Made by a program: the position numbers and the translations under genes
NCBI RefSeq assembly: GCF_026571515.1
Contig: NW_026860239.1
Location: forward strand, 1-64,000
Origin: Ruditapes philippinarum
Lineage: Eukaryota
DNA: 64,000 nt
Direction: 5' to 3'
Shown: positions 13,741 through 26,942 of the stretch, piece after piece
Position numbering within the stretch: the first letter of the stretch is position 1
Layout of the letters: each line of letters opens with the position of its first letter
Notes under the pieces: generated by a model
Seen by the model: the letters and a program-made list of their open reading frames with translations, nothing else
Told to the model about the DNA's origin: nothing
The model's database searches: none

Positions 13741-16700
13741 TAATCTTTATTACAACTAAAATGACATAAAATTTACCTGGATTCATTTTTCTACTTATGC
13801 ATGTGTAATTCATATTCCTTCATAAATGACAAATCAAATTTAACAAATTAAAGAATAGTTATAAACAAAATATGTCAAACAAGTCAAAATGTTAATATTA
13901 CTCCACATCATCATTAAAACTACATTAGTATCAACAAGTTATTTAGAAAATTGAGGTTTTAGTTTTTTGACACTACACCTTGGGTGGGGAGGCGGGAAAT
14001 GGGGTAGGAGGAAAGTGAGGGCCGTTATTAAGATATCATTAATGCTATAACTGATTATAACTAAAATTTAAAGAGAATGTAATTTGTATAAAGTAAGTGA
14101 ATAACATACACTAGTGTATGATAGATAAATGAATGAGTTTTACAACTTTAAGAACCATTGGTACTAGTGGAAATAAAAATATGCTTACTCTGCAAAAATT
14201 ACAAAATACAAGAATTTTTGTTTCAAATTTGAGAACATTATTTAGTTTTTCTAGAAGCAGTAGTATTAATAAGCAGTATAGATAGAAATACAGAATGTTG
14301 TTGTTGTTTTTCCTATTTAATTGTGACACCTCCTACGTCTTTCTCCTACACATACAACAAACTTATCAAGTCCAAGGACAACTTCACACTTAATTAAAAT
14401 TGTTCTGTATTTAAGTTTCAAGTGGAATACATTATTGAAGCAATACCCCCTATCCTTTTCCATGCTGAAATATTGAGATGGACTTTTCTTGCTTTGAAAA
14501 TAAAAATTGGTCCATAATAGTGCAAAAAGAGAAAGTCCAGAACTGTCCAAAAATGTGTGGTTTTTATGCCCATCTAACCTCGGGGTATTTTTACAGTTAC
14601 AATTCGGTACGTGCATATCAAAAATAACACCAATAGGTTGATCACTGTACAATAGTGAACCCTGAAAATATAACGTTTTTTATACTCCGATTAGATGTGA
14701 AAAACCAAAATTTGTCCTACCTGGTAGCTCCAGATAATGACTGAAGGATATTAAATATTCTGCTTTTTCAAAAACTTCTTTGACACCTGAATAAAGCTAA
14801 GCAATGAAGAGTGAACTTCTTACTCAAGGAACATAGCATTGTCCTTAACGGGACACAAGCCCAGGACCTCTCAGTCTAGAATCATAATCATGTTTGACCA
14901 CTTGACCACTGCTAATATCTTTTGCCTTTCATAGTCTCATGCCTTATTTTACTGTGTGAGCAGCAGACGAAAGTGGACAGGATTATTCTCAAACAACTTA
15001 TAAGAGAAGATTTATATAAATATTACATTTACCCCTAAACCTGCTGCATCAGAAATTCATAAGCCATTGCCATCCATACAGGCTCTTTACTCTGATGTTG
15101 AAATTCCTTAACTTTATAGACTTACTCCAGAATTAACAATATTTTCCATTTTGCAAGTTATTCTGGGGGTAAAATCCAACTTTTTAAAGCTACAAATTCA
15201 AAAACATATGTAAAAGGTTGAATGGTAATGCACAACGAAGCTATAGTGGTAAAAGTTTGCTTTTGGTGGGTATAGCTTGGGAAAACCCACATTTGCAGAG
15301 TTCCGGAAAACAACTATCATACTGACTGCACCAAATTTAAAGGTCAAATTCAGCAGGTTAAGGGTTAAAGAGAAAAGTTAAAACATAGACAGAATATTAT
15401 CATGCTTGAATGATCAATTCAATACAAGAGATTGGACAGAGTATCCGAAAAACATTGTTGGGAAATACCAAGAATTTTCAGAAAAAGTGATGGATGCAAA
15501 ACACAAATAAACTAAAACTATTCCCTGAATACTTACAATTCATGATGTTAAATGCTAATTAAAGCTTACAGAACTTTTACAATGCTGTAACCGAACCTGC
15601 CAAACTTTCTCCTACCAGTATATAAAAGTCATCTGACCCTACTAGCAGTATGACCAGGCTTGCTGACTCAAACTTCTAAATTTTCAATGTGATATAAAAA
15701 TTATGTCTAAAATTGATTGCAAGCTGGACAATTAAGTCAGTTCAAAATATTCAACAGGTTATTATGATCTAATTATCTTCAAGGTTACTGTGCAAAGTCA
15801 TCAAAGTGTTGTCTTTTTTACTGACAGTCTTTATTTGGTCTTTATGACTGTATTTAATAATTACCCTTTTTATGAAATGTATTTATTAACCTTTTCATAA
15901 ACCATTCATATGTTAAATTTCTCAAGACTTATGTGTGTGTTCTAAGTTTAATAAGGGTCTATCCGCCCTTTCAGGCACTGAGAGTATGGACCCTGGGCAT
16001 GTCACCAAATTTTACTCAAAGAGTTAGAGAAGCCCAAATGTTCAATAATCAACATATAATTAGTTAAAAATGATTAAAAGTTATAATAAAATATTGATTA
16101 TTAGTATCAAAATATGAATTGTGAGTCAATTTTGATATTATAAGATTTTAAAAACAATGATATAAAAAAATCTAGAGAACCATAAACTGTCCTGTAGACA
16201 GGGAAATTCACTTTTCTCAGTGCTGGATAGTTAAAAGCAATAGAGAAATGGGACATAACTTTGTCAAAAAATAATTTTAGGATAATTTGCCATTATGAAA
16301 TGGGTCCTTTTGTAACAACAAACATGTACATCAAGTTTAAAGAAGTAACCTTAAATAGTGTCTGTGAAGGTTAACAACGCCAACGAGAGGGACTGGACAA
16401 TAGCTCAACTTCTACTTATCTTCCAAAAATGGAGCTAAAACAAAAATTATAAAACTTATTTTTTTCGAAAAATTCTATGGTTTCTGACAGCTTTTCTGTT
16501 AATTCTACAATACAGAACAAAGTTTAGTTAAGTGAAAACAGGCACTGGTGAAAAGGGACAATTTAAAAAAAAAAAAGAATGTAAAAACAAAATTTATACC
16601 CCCCCAAAAAAGGGCTGTTTTCTTTTTTATAAAAGTTGAGAATAATGCAGAAAAAAATGCATGTTTTTTATGCATACTACCAAATGAACAGAATTATTGT

Positions 16701-17094
16701 TTTCACAAATCAAACAAACAAATACTAAATGACTGAATAAAGTATAGTCAAATAGTATTCATGAAAATAAATAAATTATGAATAAAACAAACAAACAAAT
16801 GAATGAATGAATGACTAAAGAAATGAATTAATTTTGAAAATGAATGAATGAACAAACAAACAAAGAAACAAACAAATACATAAACAAATGCATTAATATG
16901 TATTGATATAACAGAATAGAATAAAATAAGAATATGAGGTAGAAGTTTAAGGAATCTGTTTAAACAAATTCTTCCAAAAAAAATGATGAATACCTAAACA
17001 ATAAGTGACAATCTGATTCAGATTAGAGTCTAATGGTGAACAAGCTTAATAAATTAGCACCAGAAACATAAAAGTGAAAACTTTGTAAAGTAAA

Positions 17095-18585
17095 CTTTTT
17101 CAGATTTCCAACTTATCTCCCCTTTTTTCCAACTTCTCTGTCCTGTTTTCCAACTTCTCTCCTGTAGTTTCCCATTTCTCTTCCCTGTTTTTCCCACTTT
17201 TCTCCCCTGTTTTCCATCTTCTCTCCCACTGTTTTCCATCTTCTTTCCCCTGTTTTCCCACTTCTCTCCCCTAGTTTCCCACTTTTTCCCCCTGTTTTCC
17301 CACTTCTCTCCCCTAGTTTCCCACTTTTTTCCCCTGTTTTCCTACTTCTCTCCCCTAGTTTTCCCACTTCTCTCTCCTGTTTATAAACTTCTCTCCCCAA
17401 CTTTCCCACTTCTCTCCTCTGTTTTCCATCTTCTTTCCCCTGTTTCCCCACTTCTCTCCCCTAGTTTCTCACTTTTCCCCCCTGTTTTCCTACTTCTCTC
17501 CCCTAGTTTTCCCACTTCTCTCTCCTGTTTTCAAACTTCTCTCCCCCTATTTTCTCAACTCTCACCCCTGTTTTCCATATTCTCTCCCCTGTTTTCTCCC
17601 CTGTTTTTCATCTTCTCTCTCCTGTTTTCCAACTTCTCTCCCCTAGCTTCCCACTTCCATACCGTTTTCCAACTTTTCTCACCTTAATTCCTACTTATCT
17701 CCCCTGTTTTCCAACTTCTCTCCCCTAGTTTCCCACTTCCCTCCCCTGTTCTTCCACTTCTCTCTCCCTTTTTTCCAAATTCTCTCCCCTGTTTTCCAAC
17801 TTCTCTCCCATAGTTTCCTACTTCCATCCTGTTTTCCAACTTCTCTTACCTTAATTCCTACTTATCTCCCCTGTTTTCCAACTTCTCTCCCCTAGTTTCC
17901 GTGACTTCCCTCCCCTGTTCTTCCCACTTCTCTCTCCCTGTTTTACAACTTCTCTCCCATAGTTTCCTACCATCCTGTTTTCCAACTTCTCTTACCTTAT
18001 TTCCTACTTACCTCCCCTTTTTCCAACTTCTTTCCCATTGTTACCCACAAACCTCCTGTTTTCCATCTTCTTTCCCCTGTTTTTGACTTATCTCCCTGTT
18101 TTCCAACTTTCGTCCTGTAGTTTTTCACTTCTCTCCTTTGTTTGCTTACTTCTCTTCTCTGTTTTCTCACTTCTCTCCCGTTTCCCCACTTCTCTCCCCT
18201 AGTTTGCCACTTCTCTCTGCCTGTTTTGCAACTTCTCTCCTCTGTTTTCCAAATTCTCTCCCCTGTTTTCAAACTTCTCTCCCCTGATTTCCCACACCTC
18301 TCCCTTGTTTTCCCACTTCTCTTCCCTGATTTCCCACTTCTCTCCCCTGCTTTCCCACTTCTCTTCCCTGATTTCCCACTTCTCTCCCCTGTTTTCCCAC
18401 TTCTCTTCCCTGATTTCCCACTTCTCTCCCCTGTTTTCCAACTTCTCTTCCCTGATTTCCCAATTCTCTCCCCTTGTTTCCAACTTCTCTCTCCCCTGTT
18501 TTTCTACTTCTTTCCCCTGTTATCCCACTTCTCTCCCCTAGTTTGCCACTTCTCTCTCCCTGTTTAAATTGTCATTTCTCCCTGT
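17095..18585. repeat. Polypyrimidine ~21-22-bp minisatellite (TTTTCCCACTTCTCTCCCCTG-like)
   Basis: Nearly pure C/T on the + strand, with dimeric higher-order units around 18300-18470. Confidence 0.95.
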
Positions 18586-21269
18586 ACAGGACTGTGACCA
18601 TAGTGCCCCATGATGATCATTTTAGCTACCAATACCAGCTAGGAATAAATCTATTAACATGCATCCTCTTCCTACACAATAAACTGGGATTGAGCCCAAA
18701 CAAAACCTTCCGCCTTAGCTTAATCCTTACTACTACCTTTTCCATTAAACAAGATTTTATAAGCGGCTCAAAAAATGTCTATCAATAATAAAGCCTATAC
18801 TGAATAAAGTTCATCTGCTTCCATGTGGTTTTTCTTTTAAATGAACCTCCCTTACAGAGGAATAAAAAAAAACTTACACCATTAAAAAATAAAATTATAA
18901 ATCTTCTCCAGTACAACAATGAAATTGATGTCATAAAAAAATGGTCCCTTTTCACCTGGTACATCTCAAAGTTTGGATGATTTGATGACCACAGCGTGCA
19001 GTCTGGGAAAAGTTTAGTAGCAATAAAATAGTAAAATAAACAACAACAACAACACCCATGATGCATTAGGTCCATTCCAAGATAAGGACGTCTGAAATTA
19101 ATTCTAACTTTTAGACAAGATTTGTCATTATTTTCAAAACAAAACAAAATTCCTACTTTTAAAATTATTAAAAAAAGTCATGAACAGGAAAAATAAAACA
19201 AATTTCAATAAATATTAAAAAGTTTTAGCAAAGCATGTAACTTTAAATTTCTGAAATGAAATAATATTTTGGGTAAAAGATAAAATGGAAAACATAATCG
19301 AAATTGTTCAAAATGGCAGCATTCGTTACTATGGAATCCTATCGTAACCATTACAAAATAAGTCAATACAAAGAAGATACAAAAATATTGAAGCCTGCTC
19401 ATAATAAATTATATTTTCTTTAGAAATCATGAAAGTTAGAATTTATTTCAGACTATCTGAAAAACAAAGCACACTCACTGATATGTTTGTAAGGTCTCCC
19501 GACAACTGTTAAAGTAAAAAAAATAAAATAGAAATTAAATTTTAAATACAAAAACACTGAAAATAAAGGTATCTCTGTAACAATTAGAAATACAAGATTT
19601 CGTTAAATCAATCTCTGTTATTTTTTAAATTAAAATTAATACACTTCACTTTATTCAAATTCCATCCCCAGTTTCTTTATGACTTAAATTGTTCTGGTCT
19701 ACCTAAGGTCATGGGCTCAAGACCAACATTTATGAAACCCACACCAGTTAATCTAGTTAATGATCTCCCTCACATTGCTGAAACTAAAAGTGGTATAATG
19801 GTATAAAGTCTTTGCCACTAGTATACAGCCAGGCCAACCTATATCCTCATGCAGTCTAACCAACTTATTTTTTGGCCGACGAAAGCTTTAAATTTTCATC
19901 CTGATATACCTTTAATTGAAAATGGACTTTTACATACATGGAACCTGGACAAGTCCATTTAAGGAATTCAGCAGGATAAGGGAGATTTTTGATTTCCAAA
20001 ATCAAAATTAAATGAAAATTTATATGAGTTGAAAGAAAAGCTAAAAATATATTCACTGAAATGCCAAATAATACAATGCTGTGGATTTATCTCAGCTGTA
20101 ACAGCTCTAACCTATAGAACTGTCAAATGTGGGGCAGTCTTTTTTTTGTTTTGTTTTAAGGCAGGTTTCCAATATCAACTGTTGGTCAGTCACCATTAAA
20201 ACAGTCAATCTTTAGAGATATATATTAATCAATTTAATTCAACTTGACAATGAAAAAAATGAGTATAATAGTCAACACATTAATTCATATGAAACTCTTT
20301 CCCTTTATAATATTAAAATCCAGTTTTCTTATTTAATAAATGAATCAAGTTATACATACCTGACTCATGTATTACATGTAGATATAGTTCATTTATTAAC
20401 ACATGTATCAGGCCAATAAATAATCATTGTATTATCAATAAAAGCTACAAAATGTTAATTAAAGTCATATCATAATGATTTATTTAACTAAACACTAAAA
20501 GTGACCGTGTCAATACTACTTCAGTAATGTTGATAAAGGGACACAATCATGTCAGACTTGTTACAAATGGTCATCTTCTTGTTACCTCCCTTGATACAAT
20601 AATTTTTATATTTCTATTTTTTTTCGGTTTAATTTATCATTTATTTATTATTTGTTTACATTTTATGTAATCAAACTATGTAAAGGTTAAACTGGCATCG
20701 ATCCAGCTTAACTGGTGTACCTAAGGTGCCTCTATTAAATATTTAAGGAAGTTAAATTCTATAAAGCTGGAGATTATACATTAAAATATGTCAGGTGTCT
20801 ATACTTTACAACTAATGCTATTATAAAGTAACAACAACTCCCAACTGTTTAATCATATTATACATAAAAGTGTGAATTCTTTATAAAAGTAAATAAAGGA
20901 AGCAAATTCTTTAAATTTTAGGATTATAAAAACATGTAAATACATAAAACACACTTAAAAAACTTTTTCTCACAAAAAAAGAAAATGTAAACTTCCTTAC
21001 TTTCAAAGCAATCATTAATAAACTTTGAGGAGCAATGCATTCTGAATTAACTGTCGCAATGTTGGCAATTCATTTTCAAGACAAGTTTAATTTCCAACTC
21101 TCTAGATATTTCTATTTTTCCAAAAAGAGTGACAATAATTTTTCTAAATTTCTCTGTTGACGCAAGTAATATCTATCGAATTTACCTTATTTTCTGAATT
21201 AAAAACTCCAATGAGAGAACTGCCACCCTGTTCCCAAACTGTAGCATAGTATAAATAACCAGTTACATA

Positions 21270-21544
21270 TATTTTCCAAATTAATCAGTATTACTAACTG
21301 GTTTTCCAAACTGTATACTTTTAAGATATTTTCCAAATTAAATTTCATTATTTATGTATGATATTTTCCAAATAAAATTGTACTACTTATGACATTTTCC
21401 AAATTAAATTGTACTATTTATCATTTTTCCAAATTAAATTATATTACTTAAGATATTTTCCAAATTAAATTGTATTACTTATTATATTTTCCAAATTAAA
21501 TTGAATTACTAATGATATTTTTCAAATTAAATTGTATTACTTAT
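21270..21544. repeat. ~31-bp AT-rich minisatellite (TTTTCCAAATTAAATTGTATTACTTATGATA-like)
   Basis: TTTTCC recurs at 21364, 21395 and onward. The array ends at the LINE tail. Confidence 0.9.
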
Positions 21545-22300
21545 TTCAATTCAATTCAATTCAAAACTTTATTGTCAGAGTCACAGTTTACAATATGCAA
21601 AAACATGTGAACATATACAATCATTAAGTTAGCAGCAGTAGTACACGTAACAAAAATATAATCTTGTCAAAAAGATTTTACAAAACTAATGCTCTAAGTA
21701 TGGAGGGGAAGTGATTGGACTACATTTTTTTACTATTTAAAATGTAAAGCAAATTAACAGGTTGTAACAGGTACAATAATACGAACAGCAGAGAAAGAAA
21801 CAAAATTAATACGGATTTCTTAAGCTGACACATATAATGAATATTAGTTTATGCTTGTTTATATATGTAAAAAACAAAACAAAAAACAATAAAGAACGAG
21901 GGCACAATTTAAAAGATTTATAAGATGCGCTTATGACTACACGCCCTATAGTAAAATAATCAGTAGACTGACGTAATTTTACCTGGCAGATCTATAATTA
22001 GACTGGTGTAGACCAGTCATCCAGGTATAGGTGTGACGCATTTCTTAACTCTATATTTGATTGGACATTGCTATACTCATGTGGAGACATTGTAATCTAA
22101 CGGGACTTGCAGTCGAGCAGCACTTTTAAAACGTGCGAGACAAGCGAACTTGAAACACGACGAAAGGTAACCTACTTTATCATAAGATGTAAACATAAAT
22201 ATTTTTATTTGGATAGTAACCTAGTTTCATATTGTGTAAACACGAATTTAAACATTTTACAATATGCGGTTACACCCGTATATTTAAAGATTGAAATTTT

Positions 22301-24690
22301 TTAGCTAAACTTTTTCATGATATGCTGAATAAAATAACATAAATTATATAGACGTGTTAAATCGTTACATGTCATTAACTCTTTATATTTCAGTATATTA
22401 GGGTGATGGAATAGATGACGTGGAATGTACTTATGTCTATCCTCATTGAAATATGGACATTTTAAAAGGTAGTGCAGTTCATCACCAATTTCCTGGAGCG
22501 AACACAGATGGCAAATGCGCTGCTCGTGGACAACATAAGACTGTCTCCAGCGTCCTACCTCTACTGGAAGCCTATGGTTCCCTGTTCTGAAGAGGAAGAG
22601 GCTAGTCCTTAAAGTACACGGTAATGACAACAAGTAATTTTCTATATTTAGATTATCTTTAAATAAGTAATACCCCAAACCTTTAGATGAGTTTCTTAAA
22701 GAAGCTGACCATTGTTGGAAGAATTGGTCTATTAAAGTGCGCTTAATTATTTGACCTACATCGTTTTTAGTTATTGTTGACTGATTTAACCAATAAAAGG
22801 AGTGTCCAGTACTATCTAAGATATTCTTTATATAATTTGACCATTTAGAAAAACGAGATGACTGTACAATGTTTTGATAACATATATAAACCAATTTAGA
22901 GTGCTTTGATGTTATAATTCTATTCCAGAATGTGACCATTCTTGATTTGACAGTAACCTCTATTGGATACCTCCCAAATTCGGCATACAACATGTATCTT
23001 GGTGTACTTTTCTTACATTTACCAATTTTTCGCAGAAAAGAGCAATGGACATTTTCAATAAGGTCTAAATTACTGAAACCCCACACCTCACACCCGTAGA
23101 TTAGAATAGGTAGGATGGTGTTGTCAAACAACTTTAACTTAAGATCCACGGGAAGGTCAAGGTTATTAATTCTTGAAAAAAGAGCAAACATTGCCCGATT
23201 AGCTTGGGAAACTAAATATTTAATACATTGAACAAAACTGCCAGAAGATGAAAAAGTAACACCTAAATATTTGTATACTTTAACAATTTCGATATTATGA
23301 TCATTTAGAGTAAAATGGTAATTTTGAGGTTTATTTGTTCCGAAAACAATAACTTTCGTCTTAGAATAATTAACTTTAAGTTTCCATTTTTTACAGTAAG
23401 CAGCAAAATTGTCGAGACATTCCTGGAAGTCCTGTTCATTATCACTAACAATTACAGTGTCATCAGCGTATAAAAGTGTAAGTATCTTAATAAACATAAT
23501 GTCATCATCTATATCTGCACTTATCGCAATTCCGTTATTACTCCTACACAAAAAATCTTCCAAATCATTAAGATAAAGAGAAAATAAAATTGGTGATAAA
23601 TTTTCTCCCTGACGGACACCACATAGGCTTTGAAAAATTTCAGAGATGCGACCTTTAGATGAAACACAAGATTTAACATTTTTATACATATTATTAATAA
23701 CATTAAATATTTTGCCACGAATTCCAGTTTTGAATAATTTACTCCATAATCCTGATCTCCAGACTAAGTCAAATGCTGAACTAAAATCAATAAAACAACA
23801 GAACAATTTCTTTTTACTTGATCTAAGCTTTTCAATCAAAAAATTAAGTGTAAAAATATGATCATTTGTGGAGTAACTAGATCTAAATCCTGCTTGATTT
23901 TCATTAAGCAAATTATTATTGTTTAAAAATTGCTTGATTCTATTATCTAAAATTGATGTAAAAATCTTACCCAAGCAACTCAAAATAGTAATTGGCCGAT
24001 AATTATTAGGTTCAAGGGGGCTACCTTTATTTTTAAAAATTGGCTGGATAGTGCCTATTAACCAGGAGTCGGGTAAAATACCTGTATCCAAAATTTTATT
24101 AAAAAGTTGACAATAGATAGGTGTCATAACATTTCTTGTACTTTTAATATATTCATTCGAAATTCTATCAAAATAAGACGTTGCTTTGTTATTTTTGCTA
24201 TTTTGTATTACTTTATTTATTTCCTCTTCTGCGATAGGTCTGTTTAATGAGTCAATATCTAGTGTATTTATAAAAGATGTATCATCATAAGGCTCGCTGT
24301 AATCATCATGTCGAGTTTCATTTATTGATTTAAAATAGTCAAAAAAAGTTTCAATATCCGGAGACTGCTCTGTTTTATTATTATTGATACTATTTAATAA
24401 ACGCCAGTAGTCTTTAGGCTTATGTGAATTCATGTACCGTAATTTTTTCTCATGACGTAGGTTGTGCGCGGATACATGTGTATTGATTATTTTTCTGTAT
24501 TTTCGGCTCGCCACGAAAAGTTTGTGTTTGTTTAACCTTGACCTATTTAATTGATATACTTTTCTCGCGTTATTATAAATATTTCGTGCACGATTGCACT
24601 GTGGCCCGAACCAAGGTTTACATTCGGACTTCTTTTTATTAAAAGCTGGGCTTGAGGTTTTAAATGTTAATTTCGCTGTGTTTTGAAAAA
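22301..24690 (-). pseudogene. LINE ORF2 reverse transcriptase plus C-terminal CCHC-like finger
   Basis: Motifs NYRPITILSCLGK, NQAGFR, FIDFSSAFD, GVRQGENLSP, YADD, YKYLGV and RICHLC...DELHYLLKC. The same frame extends upstream of the annotated start through KPWF to ~24690. Confidence 0.95.
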
Positions 24691-25704
24691 GACGTTATTT
24701 ATAAGTAATTTTGGATCATCACAGATATTTTCTTGCAGTAACACCGTAATTTCAGCAATAGATGAAGTATTTAGATTTTTTATAAAATCATCTTTTTTAT
24801 TTTCTTTCCATTTTGGTGGCCGATCTACACCATCGTTGAAAACAGTATTATTAGCACGTGCGGTATTTTCGTAATTAATATTCAAGCAGGTTTCAAGCAA
24901 ATTGTGACCGTCCGAGAGTAACGGGTCTGTTTCTACTATTTTAAAGTCGGTAATATATTGCAACACCGGAAGTGACGACATTGAGTAGTCAATAACGGAA
25001 ATATTACGGAACGTATAGGAGCCATCCTGGTCTGAACCTAGCCTACCGTTATGAATAAAAAGACCATTATTTTTGCAAATATCTAACAATTTCTGGCCGA
25101 GCCTATCGACCTTATTACATTTTGAAGACCTATTAATTTCAATATTTAAATATGATAAAGCCTGAAATTCGTTTAATGCATTCATATTTTCTAAATCAAA
25201 GTGATTTATTAAGAACTCGTCAAATATAACATAGTCTGGTAGAGAGCCGGTATGCCCGTTTGCATCTCCTACTATTATAATGTTTTTATATTCCATACAT
25301 TTGCGTTCAATATCAGATTCAAACTCGAAGTATTCGTCTTCGTTTAAAAAACGCGATTGCTCAGGAGGCACATACATATTGCCAATAACTAAGGAAAAAT
25401 GAGCGCTGAGTTCGAGTTTAAGCCAATACACATACTCATTACTACTTGTTAAAGTAACAGTTTTATCAATCAAAGAATTTTTAACAAAAAATCCTAGACC
25501 CCCAGATTTTCGTATCATATCTTTTGACCTAGGTTTTGAGAAAAACGTGTAGTTCGGAATATCAATATTGTCATATATGTCAAGTTTTGTTTCTTGTACG
25601 CAAAAAATAGAATATTTTGTGATCATATCAATAAATTCTGAAAAATTTAGCCTTCCCTTGAGACCACAAACATTGAGCGAACCTATACTAATATTATTGT
25701 CATA
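24667..25704 (-). pseudogene. LINE ORF2 apurinic-like endonuclease domain, frameshifted from the RT part
   Basis: Motifs SIGSLNVCGL (upstream of the annotated Met, same frame), QETK, SGG, YVPP, GDANG, IDY and SDGH. The frame changes near 24690 and near 25705. Confidence 0.92.
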
Positions 25705-26036
25705 TTACATATTAATGGTGAAGAGCAAGAATTGAATGAAGGTATATCGCCTTCACAAATCGACGTTTCATAAATTTCATCATGAAAAAGATCATCACTA
25801 CTCTCATATATTGAATTAAAAGAATTGTTTACCATGTTAGAATTATTAAATCCATCATTATTCAAAAGTGTTCCACTCTTTGTATTATTAGTTATTAAAG
25901 AGTTATTAAATCCATCATAATTGAAAATTGTTCCACTATTTCTAATTTCAGCATAATGAATACACGACAGTTGCTTAGAAGAACACGGGAGATTTGCACA
26001 CCTGTCACAAAAATAGGTCACGTTCCCCACGTGCTC

Positions 26037-26348
26037 CTATTTAACATTGTTGGCGTAGGGGCTACGTTTGTCAGAATGCTTTGCTTTCACCGAGTGCTGT
26101 ATTGGTGGGTGAACATCAAGTAGATATCCTGGAGCAGTGTTAGTTTTGACGGGAATTCGAGATGATACACGGCGACTAGTTGTTTCGTCGTCTGATGAAG
26201 AACTTTCGGAAAATGTTACTTGTTCAGATTCGTTTTTCTCAGCTGGTTGATCAAGAACATCTTGGCTATTAAGATATGATGACTTTTTAACTATTTGATG
26301 ATATTTGTTTTCAACTCTAGATCTAACATTAGAATTACGTGATCCACG
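26037..26348 (-). pseudogene. Probable C-terminal remnant of LINE ORF1
   Basis: About 100 open codons (RGSRNSNVRS...SSSSDDETTSRRVSSRIPVK...ANNVK*) immediately upstream of ORF2. No domain recognised. Confidence 0.55.
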
Positions 26349-26942
26349 GAGAATTAGTAGATGTATTAAAATAAAACATATCTCGAGTATGTTTGTGTGA
26401 AAACTATCAGGTGGTTCTAGGTGACAAATCTTGGTTAGATATATCTGTATTATGCTAAAATAAACCTTTCCCTTCTTTGTTAAAAATGAACTTATTAGGC
26501 TGCTTTAAAATTTTTTAAACTATTTTTTTATTTTCTTTATGGACTAGAATGAATATATTCTTATCCAATAATTATAGTATAAAAAGCTGAAAAATTGTGA
26601 AATTTCTAAGACCATTTATTATTGAGTAAATGGTTTAAATCTCGCAGCAAAAACATAAAACCTGTCCTGGCACTTTACAAAAAGCATAATTATGCAAGTC
26701 CTAAGTGATCACAACTATAGTGCAAAGAATTAAAACTTTAAATAATTTATATATGAAAGCTATAATTTTAATTGACATTTTAACAAAAATTCAAAAATCA
26801 TCAATAGGACGCTTTTAATTTTTTATATTTTTTTTCAAATAGAAATACATGTATATGTAATGGTTTTAGTCATTTACTGTGTTGCCATGGTAATATAACC
26901 TGTTTGATAACTGTGATAACTTTTTGGTGTTATTAATGACGT

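Larger units (their letters stand above)
21545..26350 (-). mobile_element. 5'-truncated non-LTR retrotransposon (APE-RT LINE, two-ORF organisation; RTEX-like, clade unverified)
   Basis: The 3' end is AATAAA (21568-21573) followed by a (TTGAA)4 tail. It has a ~750-bp 3'UTR, an RT ORF, an APE ORF and an upstream ORF1-like remnant ending in TAG at 26039-26037. The 5' boundary is approximate. Confidence 0.92.

Noticed and set aside
17054-18788. Lys/Arg/Gly/Glu-rich and Leu/Phe/Pro-rich ORFs
   Set aside because: They are translations of the polypyrimidine minisatellite.
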